A stretch of 34,167 bases of DNA from a virus, in IMG/VR virus record IMGVR_UViG_3300000116_000002, positions 1 to 34,167 of that record, one strand, 5' to 3'. The translations under genes and the position numbers were made by a program. Position 1 is the stretch's first letter, and every line of letters begins with the position of its first letter. Of the stretch, positions 17,053-23,440 are shown in pieces. The notes beneath the pieces were generated by a model. The model saw only the letters and a program-made list of their open reading frames with translations, had not been told where the DNA came from and did not search any database.

Positions 17053-17594
17053 CTAACTACCGGGTCATCACAATAATCTGCTTCCCACACAAACCAGGCA
17101 TAAGCCGTCGTGCCAGAGCCGGCCACCTCTTGATCACCACGCCAGATCGTCAAGCGCCGGGCAAACACATAGACTTTTGCTGGTGGATTCATGGCAAATA
17201 AACGCCAATAGCGCTGTATTCCCTCTAGGAAGCTCAGACGCAGCAACCAAGCATGTTTGGTGCATCCCAGTGCTATGGCATGGCTTATGAACGCCTCAGC
17301 GAGCTTGTATGGCGGGTTTGTAATCAAATGATCAGCTGCGCGCTTCTGTTCCATCAGAAAATCAACGCCAGCTGGGCAATATCCATAATCATTTAGATCT
17401 GTCGCTATGACCTCGTAACCGGCCAGATCACAACACTCAGCCAAGGCGCCATCACCAGCTGCCGGCTCCCAGATAGTCTTATCAAACCGCTCATTGCTCA
17501 GTAACGCATGAACAGCTTCTGGCGGTGTCGGATACCAATCATCCTTTTGCCTCATGTCCAGCCCCTGCCATCGCAGCTGTAACAGCTTGTCCAT
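17040..17594 (-). CDS. Orphan N6-adenine DNA methyltransferase, 184 aa
   Basis: The SAM-binding motif I (EPAAGDGAL) is followed by catalytic motif IV (ITNPPY). No restriction endonuclease partner is present. Confidence 0.8.
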   Translation of the reverse strand: MDKLLQLRWQGLDMRQKDDWYPTPPEAVHALLSNERFDKTIWEPAAGDGALAECCDLAGYEVIATDLNDYGYCPAGVDFLMEQKRAADHLITNPPYKLAEAFISHAIALGCTKHAWLLRLSFLEGIQRYWRLFAMNPPAKVYVFARRLTIWRGDQEVAGSGTTAYAWFVWEADYCDDPVVRWLT

Positions 17595-17788
17595 TCCACA
17601 CAGCCATCGCCGTCTGGTTGGCGTATCATTCCATCTTTGCAGTCATGGCAAGGCTTCACAGCTATGCCCAGGCCGCATGTTTTACACACGACAAGAGCGC
17701 CTTCCCGACTAGGCAGTGTGGTGTCGCACTTTGGGCATCTGCCCCAACGCAGACGGCTATGCCATGTACCGTCGCCATCAAGCATCAT
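17552..17788 (-). CDS. Cys-rich zinc-ribbon protein (DnaJ-type CxxCxGxG-like repeats), 78 aa
   Basis: The motifs CPKCDTT, CKTCGLG, CHDCKDG and CYSCDGRG are present. It overlaps the methyltransferase gene by 43 nt. Confidence 0.6.
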   Translation of the reverse strand: MMLDGDGTWHSRLRWGRCPKCDTTLPSREGALVVCKTCGLGIAVKPCHDCKDGMIRQPDGDGCVEWTSCYSCDGRGWT

Positions 17789-18174
17789 ATGCCGGCCCTC
17801 AGCTTGACGATGGGCTCTAAAATATCGCGTACCTGTTCGACCGACCTGGCCAAGCCCCAGTGGCAGCCGGCCAGCAACAGCCGGTTCCGCATCTCTTCCT
17901 GGTTTGGTGTCAGCTTGCCGCCTTTCAAGCGCTTTAGCTCTATAAACACCGACGTGCTGATGCCAACCTTGCTTTCATCAGCTGGCACAAATATCTCAAG
18001 ATCCGGCCAGCCAAACTTGGTTCCCATCAGTTTGAGCTTGCGTTTAAAAGCAACGTGCCTAGTGCCTTCGTTGGGGCTGTGATGAAATATACAACCGGCC
18101 GGCAGCGCATAGTGCAGCCAGCTGGCCACCTGTTTTTGCAGCTCATCCTCAGTCACGCCGGAGATAAAAGTCAT
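17785..18174 (-). CDS. VRR-NUC domain nuclease, 129 aa
   Basis: Motifs GWPDL...IELK...G.LTPNQ, followed by ...AGCHWGLARSVEQV. Confidence 0.8.
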   Translation of the reverse strand: MTFISGVTEDELQKQVASWLHYALPAGCIFHHSPNEGTRHVAFKRKLKLMGTKFGWPDLEIFVPADESKVGISTSVFIELKRLKGGKLTPNQEEMRNRLLLAGCHWGLARSVEQVRDILEPIVKLRAGI

Positions 18175-18361
18175 TCGGCATGACCTCTCCGTTGCTCAGC
18201 AGCACAATGCGATCCATGAATAGCTCGTTGGGTATCAGCCGGTCTTTGTGGTCAAACGGTAAGCACCAGCGGCGCGCCACCGTGGCATGACTGGCATCAA
18301 CTTGCCTGGCCAGCTCGCTGTACGACCAGCCCTTTTGTCTACGGAATGTGTCTAAAATCAT
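18149..18361 (-). CDS. Cro-like HTH transcriptional regulator, 70 aa
   Basis: HTH segment WSYSELARQVDASHATVARRW. It is transcribed divergently from the CI-like repressor gene and is the first gene of the long minus-strand operon. Confidence 0.7.
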   Translation of the reverse strand: MILDTFRRQKGWSYSELARQVDASHATVARRWCLPFDHKDRLIPNELFMDRIVLLSNGEVMPNDFYLRRD

Positions 18362-18376
18362 ACGTCATAAATTACA

Positions 18377-18395
18377 TGACTTGACTTAATCCGTC
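18377..18395 (+). promoter_or_regulatory. Promoter/operator element TGACTTGACTTAATCCGTC in the divergent switch region
   Basis: It matches 19123-19141 at 18 of 19 positions. It contains a TTGACT -35-like box and a GAC-N7-GTC dyad. Confidence 0.5.
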
Positions 18396-18447
18396 CAGAG
18401 GCTTAACACAATAAAAGTATTTTAACGGAAACGGACAAGGTGATACA

Positions 18448-19125
18448 ATGATCTTCATGTCAAACAACCTGTCAGTAATGATTGCCCGGTCGGGCTTGAA
18501 TAAAAAAGATGTTGGCGCTGCTATCGGTGTGGCGCCCGAAACCGTGTCGCGTCATATGTCTGGCAACATTCAGATCAATCTTAAACTAGCAGAGGAATAT
18601 GCCAAGGTGCTAAACTGTATGCCCCAGGACATACTGTTCGCCACCAAGCCTCTCAAAATACTGATGCACAATCATGTTCATGACAATGGTGAAATATCGC
18701 GTGCGCTTGCCGGTGAAACATGTCCACGCACAAAAGGTCGTGCCAAAAGCGGTAAAATCTATATGAACCATATGTTTCAAGACAAGCTAAGCGCTATTGT
18801 ATGGACTATGGATAAAAATTATACCGGCATAAAAGAATCGCTCCGGGAAGCAATCAGCATTGTGCGTTCTGACCCTGTGCAACAAAAATATGTTGATGAA
18901 GCGTGTGACAAACGCCCTTGCTATTTTCTTTCAAAAAACAGCAAAGACCAAAGCGCAGATATTGGCTATGGCGTCATTTATCCTGAGCCGGGAAACTTAT
19001 TTACAGTCGTTGATTGTAACACTGGCGACATTCGCAGAGGCTTAGAATTGATCTGGGCTACACCGCATATTTCAACAGTGTGGCGGCCTGATCTGCGTGA
19101 TATAAATATAGTCTACGACAAGTGA
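18448..19125 (+). CDS. CI-like repressor: N-terminal XRE-family HTH plus an unrecognised, non-S24 C-terminal domain, 225 aa
   Basis: HTH segment LNKKDVGAAIGVAPETVSRHMSG. An AAGGTGA Shine-Dalgarno is present and the gene is divergent from the Cro-like gene. I saw no Ser/Lys peptidase G-[DS]-SM motif. Confidence 0.7.
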   Translation: MIFMSNNLSVMIARSGLNKKDVGAAIGVAPETVSRHMSGNIQINLKLAEEYAKVLNCMPQDILFATKPLKILMHNHVHDNGEISRALAGETCPRTKGRAKSGKIYMNHMFQDKLSAIVWTMDKNYTGIKESLREAISIVRSDPVQQKYVDEACDKRPCYFLSKNSKDQSADIGYGVIYPEPGNLFTVVDCNTGDIRRGLELIWATPHISTVWRPDLRDINIVYDK

Positions 19126-19141
19126 CTTGACGTAATCCGTC
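19123..19141 (+). promoter_or_regulatory. Second copy of the promoter/operator element, TGACTTGACGTAATCCGTC
   Basis: It matches 18377-18395 at 18 of 19 positions. It contains TTGACG and the dyad GACG-N5-CGTC, and overlaps the stop codon of the repressor gene. Confidence 0.5.
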
Positions 19142-19153
19142 GCATTTGATACG

Positions 19154-19179
19154 CATATCCTCACACATGAGAGGATATG
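19154..19179 (+). promoter_or_regulatory. Perfect 9-bp inverted repeat CATATCCTC-N8-GAGGATATG covering the Shine-Dalgarno of the next gene
   Basis: Read directly. The 3' arm contains GAGGA, which lies 9 nt upstream of the ATG at 19185. Confidence 0.6.
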
Positions 19180-19184
19180 ACGCT

Positions 19185-20126
19185 ATGAAACATGACGTGC
19201 CTGAGTGGGCTTTACGCCATCAATATAAACATCATTCAAATCAAAGATCCAAAGATCGAGCCAAAGATCTTTTTGAAAAATCCCACATCCGACCGCTAAT
19301 CGATGCAGCTTTTAATACGCTCTACGATAAAAGCGCCTCAGACAAAGACAAATTAATAGCTAAAGATACGCTGCATAGGCTGCGTGACGGTCGTGGTAGC
19401 GCCAATATGCGAGGCGGCGTCGCCGTCCAGACAGTGTGCGATCTGCGCCTTGTTATGGACAAAGACGGCAAGACGCTTGACATGGCTGAGGCTACCCGCG
19501 CCGGCATTGAGCAAATGCAGGAATATAAGCCTGTTGATGAGCTGGATGAGGCCAAGAAAGAAAAGTATTTAGAAGAGCTGCCGCTGGTTGCTGAACACGC
19601 TGTGATGGGCTTGAGCGAAGCTATGGCTAGCGACAACCGCATCTTGGGTGAAATCGACCTTAAAGATACTTTTCCCAGCCTCGCTCTGCCCTATTTCACC
19701 AAGCCAGATTATAACCGGCGCGGTGATCTTAAAACAAAATGGTCACGGCCAAGTGCCAGATCAAAGTCTGGCTGGCAAACAGGCACCCTGCCCAGCTCAC
19801 TGAGCGGCATGTTCGATATGAACAATGTGTTCCAGTGTGCCGGGTTCTGGCAGCTGAACGGCCATCAGCCGCCATTCCTAGTCTATGCCAATGCCACCGA
19901 CTACCGTGTGTTCACCCCGGACAATGCGCCAGAGCTGCGTAATGATTTTCTGGCCGACATCATCAGGCACACGACGCAATACCACAAAACCACTGAAAAT
20001 ATACTGCGCGCAGCAAGCACAAAAGATGAGCTGCTGGGCTTAGTCTCGCCGGACTGGTCGCACATCTGCTGGTCTGAACCCGAAACCTATCTGGCTGAAG
20101 CCAGAACATTATGGGGGATATCATGA
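19185..20126 (+). CDS. Hypothetical early protein, possible PD-(D/E)xK nuclease, 313 aa (in-frame alternatives at 19146 and 19167)
   Basis: Long ORF. The segment KPDYNRRGDLKTKW is compatible with a PD...(D/E)xK core. It sits in the same operon as the ERF annealing protein. The functional call is weak. Confidence 0.45.
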   Translation: MKHDVPEWALRHQYKHHSNQRSKDRAKDLFEKSHIRPLIDAAFNTLYDKSASDKDKLIAKDTLHRLRDGRGSANMRGGVAVQTVCDLRLVMDKDGKTLDMAEATRAGIEQMQEYKPVDELDEAKKEKYLEELPLVAEHAVMGLSEAMASDNRILGEIDLKDTFPSLALPYFTKPDYNRRGDLKTKWSRPSARSKSGWQTGTLPSSLSGMFDMNNVFQCAGFWQLNGHQPPFLVYANATDYRVFTPDNAPELRNDFLADIIRHTTQYHKTTENILRAASTKDELLGLVSPDWSHICWSEPETYLAEARTLWGIS

Positions 20127-20239
20127 AACAATGGATTGTAGAAGGCGTGAATACCATCGTCTGGGTCATTCTGATGGCCATGATCTACTTTATTTTGACG
20201 ATGTTGTTTGTCGATCCGACTTGGTGGAGCCCGTCATGA
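20123..20239 (+). CDS. 38-aa single-pass membrane peptide (not in the ORF track)
   Basis: Hand translation gives MKQWIVEGVNTIVWVILMAMIYFILTMLFVDPTWWSPS. ATGA overlaps with the neighbouring genes occur at both ends. Confidence 0.45.
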   Translation: MKQWIVEGVNTIVWVILMAMIYFILTMLFVDPTWWSPS

Positions 20240-20583
20240 TGAGCCAGCCAGAGTTCGATTTCACACAACCACCAATGGTTCACAAAAACGCCAAAGATAC
20301 TGAGCGGATGGCCGCTGAGTTTATCGCACCAAAAGTAACGGGACTACGGCTCAAAGCCCTGCAAAGCCTCGCCGCAGCCCCGTCTGGCCTAACTGGTAGT
20401 CAGGTTGCTGACAACATGGGCGCCTGGATTTACAGCGTCAAGCCTCGGCTGACAGAGCTGCAAAACATGGGGCTTGCTGTTGATAGCGGCGCGCGCGCCA
20501 AGAATGAACGAAACCGGCAAGAGGTTGTGTGGCAAATCACACCAGCTGGTACTGAATTTTTGAGGGGTAGAGATGGAAACTAA
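20236..20583 (+). CDS. Winged-helix (MarR-like) DNA-binding protein, 115 aa
   Basis: The segment LKALQSLAAAPSGLTGSQVADNMG....VKPRLTELQNMGL has a wHTH pattern. I prefer the ATG at 20236 to the listed start at 20131. Confidence 0.55.
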   Translation: MMSQPEFDFTQPPMVHKNAKDTERMAAEFIAPKVTGLRLKALQSLAAAPSGLTGSQVADNMGAWIYSVKPRLTELQNMGLAVDSGARAKNERNRQEVVWQITPAGTEFLRGRDGN

Positions 20584-21262
20584 AGACATAAACGCTGCCA
20601 TAGCCAATGCTATGGATAAAATTAAGATGCTGGGTAAAGGTGAGAAAAACAACCACCAGAATTATAACTTTGCATCCATCGATGATTTTTTAGAAATGTG
20701 CCGGCCTATCTGCGCTGCGGAAGGCTTACACATAAACCCAAACTGTGTGTCGATGGATACATTCCCAGTCAATAACAAAACATGGGCGACATTTACATAT
20801 AGCATCACTATGTGTCATGCGTCCGGCCAACAAACTGAGCCAGCTGGAAGCATAGTCAGCTTGCCGTTGACTGGTGCCCAAACATCTGGGGCAGCACAAT
20901 CTTACGCGGTGAAACAATATCTGCGCGGTCTTTTGCTTATTGCAACCGGCGACAACGACGATGCTGATTTCCTGCCACAAGTTGAGGGTGGCATCGAAAA
21001 CAAGCCAGCTGCTGCCAAGGCACCCTCACCGACACCAAAAGCTGACGCACCGCCGCCACCACCAGCTGATGTTGATTGGCAAAAGTGGGTCAATGAACAA
21101 ATGGTAATCCTGCGTGACGCAACAAAAGTAAAATTATTGATGTGGTCGCGCAAAACAAAACAGCAACGGGATCAGCTGGTTGAAGCTGACCGGGAGCTAA
21201 ACGCATTGCTCAACGATTATTATCAAGAGCGTTATGACGAATTAAACACAGGAGAAAGATGA
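20573..21262 (+). CDS. ERF-family single-strand annealing protein, 229 aa
   Basis: The segments NHQNYNFASIDDFLEMCRPICAAEGL and AQSYAVKQYLRGLL match the ERF family pattern, from memory. Confidence 0.75.
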   Translation: METKDINAAIANAMDKIKMLGKGEKNNHQNYNFASIDDFLEMCRPICAAEGLHINPNCVSMDTFPVNNKTWATFTYSITMCHASGQQTEPAGSIVSLPLTGAQTSGAAQSYAVKQYLRGLLLIATGDNDDADFLPQVEGGIENKPAAAKAPSPTPKADAPPPPPADVDWQKWVNEQMVILRDATKVKLLMWSRKTKQQRDQLVEADRELNALLNDYYQERYDELNTGER

Positions 21263-21576
21263 TGCCAGGTTTTGGTAGGAGTAAATTCAAATTGCGTCAG
21301 GACATTGCAATGGCTGACGATGATGGCAACCCGGTCGAATATCAAAGCTCGGCCTTTATTCAGTTTCGTACTGAGTTCAACGAAGAGACACGGCGCTTTG
21401 CCCCAATGACAGATGAACAACGGGAGATCTGTGATGAGATCCACGCCATGATCTTTGAGGCCGGCGTTGAGCTGGGCATCAGCATCACGCGCCGGATACC
21501 GGGCGAGACTGATGTGCGTCAGTTTCCAAAAGTAGCAACATTTTCACTGATAGCTAATGAGCCGAAAAATGGATGA
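21259..21576 (+). CDS. Hypothetical protein, 105 aa
   Basis: ORF with an AGGAG Shine-Dalgarno. It overlaps the erf stop codon. Confidence 0.55.
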   Translation: MMPGFGRSKFKLRQDIAMADDDGNPVEYQSSAFIQFRTEFNEETRRFAPMTDEQREICDEIHAMIFEAGVELGISITRRIPGETDVRQFPKVATFSLIANEPKNG

Positions 21577-21769
21577 CAAAAATCTTATGACGCTGCCGGA
21601 AGCAGCGGTGTACCTGTTCAATGACGATAGCCATGCCGCATACAAGCGCGCCAGGCGCCTCATAGAAAACGCCGGGGTTCCGACGATACGATCCGGCAAA
21701 GCAATCTATGTGAGCCGCGCCACGCTCGATGATCAGTTCAACATAAGACTGGTGAACGACAATGCGTAA
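21557..21769 (+). CDS. Excisionase-like / MerR-type HTH DNA-binding protein, 70 aa
   Basis: The segment LMTLPEAAVYL.....AYKRARRLIENAGVPTIRSGKAIYVSRATL has an excisionase-family pattern. It lies close to int. Confidence 0.5.
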   Translation: MSRKMDDKNLMTLPEAAVYLFNDDSHAAYKRARRLIENAGVPTIRSGKAIYVSRATLDDQFNIRLVNDNA

Positions 21770-21971
21770 CGCTGCTGATATGACGCTACAAGAGTTTAAG
21801 CTAGAGCTGCAATGGTTGCGGCACCAAGTGTTGTATATCGAGCCATTAGCAGCGACGCGGGAAAACGCTCGGAACACACGCACTTACATCAACGCAGCTC
21901 GCGGTAAAAAACTGTCGCCCTTCCGATATGTCAGTTGGGCGACAGTCGATTCTGTCAAGAGTAGGATGTGA
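21762..21971 (+). CDS. Hypothetical protein, 69 aa
   Basis: Last ORF of the plus-strand operon. It abuts the convergent int stop codon with no spacer. Confidence 0.45.
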   Translation: MRNAADMTLQEFKLELQWLRHQVLYIEPLAATRENARNTRTYINAARGKKLSPFRYVSWATVDSVKSRM

Positions 21972-23096
21972 TTAGAACGCTTCTGCTATTCCGTCAGCAA
22001 TCTTGTCGTCGCGCTCTTTATCGTCAAGCCAATGGCCGTAAACATCGCTTGTTGTACTGATGCTAGCGTGGCCCATCAGGTTAGTTATTGTCCACCAGTC
22101 AGCTCCAAACTTTTGCAGCAAACGGCTGGCATAGTAGTGGCGCAGATCGTGCCACCTGATGCGTCCAACGCCAGCTTGCTCACACGCCTTACCCAGCACT
22201 TTAGCAAATACATTTGTGCCGAGCGGGTCACCGAATCTGCCGGTAAAGACTAGCGCGTCATCAGCTGGTCTGCCCAGTAACAAATACAGCTCTTGTAAAG
22301 ATTGTTTTACATCTGGGTGCAGTGGCACCTTGCGCTTACCCCGCTTGGTTTTTGGATCGCCGATCTCACTGCTGTTATGCTTGACTGCCTTGTTGACGTG
22401 AACATAGCCAGGCTTGCCCCAGTCAATGTCAGACCAAGTTAGCGCGCGAAGCTCGCCCTGACGCAGACCAGTAGTTGCAGAAAACCTAGCGCGCAAAGCC
22501 CAGTGAACAGGCATTGCATCAATGATTGCGTTGATCACGTCAGGCTGTATCTGCTTGATCTCTTTTGCCGGCTTTGCTTTGTCGCCCTTGCCTTTTACAT
22601 CAGTCATTGGATTGCTGTTGCGGCAACCAGAATCAATAGAGTAGCTCATAAAGTATCTGAGCGAACCGAGGATATTATCGACAGTCTTTTTAGCCCGACC
22701 GACCCGCAGTTGCTCAACAATCTGCAACCGCATATGCCCGGTTGTAAGATCACGCACCTTGCTTTGCCCGACAGGTTTACCGTCAAGAGTAAGACCGACA
22801 AACAATTTGGCATCGCGCTCTTTTTCTGACTTTGATGACGTGGTCATGTCACCCTTGTCATGCTGGCTTGTTATGTGGGTTATGAAATTGCTGTACAACA
22901 TATCAAAGTCCCAATCCCATGCAGCTGCTGTGCTTGGTGTCAGCTCTGCCTTGATCTTATCGACGTGACGCTCAGCCTCTAGCTTTGTGTGAAAGAACTC
23001 GCGCTTGCCGTTAGCAACAATAGACCTGGTGTCTACGCAAAATGCAGCCCATCCTTTTTTTACGCGTGACTTGTGTTCTACAATTTTGATGTCCAT
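21972..23096 (-). CDS. int: Tyrosine recombinase (phage integrase), 374 aa
   Basis: Catalytic-domain motifs TGLRQGEL, HDLRHYYAS and LMGHASISTTSDVYGHW are present. An AGGAG Shine-Dalgarno precedes the start and the gene is adjacent to a tRNA fragment. Confidence 0.92.
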   Translation of the reverse strand: MDIKIVEHKSRVKKGWAAFCVDTRSIVANGKREFFHTKLEAERHVDKIKAELTPSTAAAWDWDFDMLYSNFITHITSQHDKGDMTTSSKSEKERDAKLFVGLTLDGKPVGQSKVRDLTTGHMRLQIVEQLRVGRAKKTVDNILGSLRYFMSYSIDSGCRNSNPMTDVKGKGDKAKPAKEIKQIQPDVINAIIDAMPVHWALRARFSATTGLRQGELRALTWSDIDWGKPGYVHVNKAVKHNSSEIGDPKTKRGKRKVPLHPDVKQSLQELYLLLGRPADDALVFTGRFGDPLGTNVFAKVLGKACEQAGVGRIRWHDLRHYYASRLLQKFGADWWTITNLMGHASISTTSDVYGHWLDDKERDDKIADGIAEAF

Positions 23097-23127
23097 AACT
23101 ATCTCCTTTTCTTGACCTTACGCTACT

Positions 23128-23156
23128 TATATAGTGACGTATTCCGTCAAGTTCAA
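23128..23156 (-). promoter_or_regulatory. Candidate int promoter (TTGAAC-N17-TATATA) with an operator-like dyad GACGGAATACGTC in the spacer
   Basis: Read on the minus strand, the promoter ends 32 nt upstream of the int ATG. The spacer carries ACTTGACGGAATACGTC, which is related to the elements at 18377 and 19123. Confidence 0.45.
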
Positions 23157-23194
23157 GGGATAATCCCGTTACTCTCGCGACTTATCATGTCTTT

Positions 23195-23216
23195 CTTGGC
23201 ACGCGCTTGGCACGCG
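23195..23216 (+). repeat. Perfect tandem 2 x 11 bp CTTGGCACGCG (candidate integrase arm-type sites, P arm)
   Basis: Read directly. It lies about 60-80 bp from the tRNA-derived core. Confidence 0.75.
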
Positions 23217-23218
23217 GA

Positions 23219-23259
23219 CAAAAAAATAAGCCACCGAAAGCTAATGCTTTCAGTGGCTT
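23219..23259 (-). terminator. Rho-independent terminator downstream of the tRNA 3' fragment
   Basis: A 14-bp stem with one mismatch (AAGCCACTGAAAGC-ATTA-GCTTTCGGTGGCTT) is followed by TATTTTTTTG on the minus strand. Confidence 0.75.
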
Positions 23260-23273
23260 AACACCGTAAAGAA

Positions 23274-23301
23274 TGGTGAGCGCGACAGGATTCGAACCTG
23301 C
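23274..23301 (-). other. attP core: 3'-terminal fragment of a tRNA gene (T-arm, acceptor 3' strand, discriminator A, CCA)
   Basis: The minus strand reads GCAGG-TTCGAAT-CCTGT-CGCGCTC-A-CCA. No matching 5' acceptor strand, D-arm or canonical anticodon loop lies upstream, so it is not a complete tRNA. Confidence 0.75.
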
Positions 23302-23315
23302 TCGAAAGCGTCCTA

Positions 23316-23338
23316 TAATGTACGGTGACGGTACATTA
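23316..23338. repeat. Perfect dyad TAATGTAC-N7-GTACATTA beside the tRNA fragment
   Basis: Read directly: 8-bp arms separated by a 7-bp spacer. Confidence 0.85.
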
Positions 23339-23391
23339 CAGACACTTATGGGTCAACCCCATGACGCTATATTCCACCTAATGACATGTAG

Positions 23392-23435
23392 TCTGGCACT
23401 GGCTTGGCACGGGCGCGTGCCAAAGCTCTTGGCAC
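23392..23435 (+). repeat. Cluster of CTTGGCAC-type repeats (candidate arm-type sites, P' arm)
   Basis: The cluster holds TCTGGCACTGG and CTTGGCACGGG in 11-bp phase, an inverted GTGCCAA that forms TTGGCAC-N6-GTGCCAA, and a further CTTGGCAC at 23428. Confidence 0.75.
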
Positions 23436-23440
23436 TGGGT

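Noticed and set aside
23274-23350. A complete tRNA gene on the minus strand
   Set aside because: Only the T-arm, the acceptor 3' strand and CCA are present. There is no GAGCGCG 5' acceptor strand and no D-arm. The nearby hairpin loop (CGTCACC) lacks U33 and a purine at position 37, so it is not an anticodon arm.
23195-23435. Reading the TGGCAC repeats as sigma-54 (-24/-12) promoters
   Set aside because: The sigma-54 consensus needs TGGCAC-N5-TTGC. Here the downstream element is TTGG after only 4 nt (TGGCAC-TGGC-TTGGCA or TGGCAC-GCGC-TTGGCA). The copies are phased direct repeats flanking attP, which fits recombinase arm sites better.
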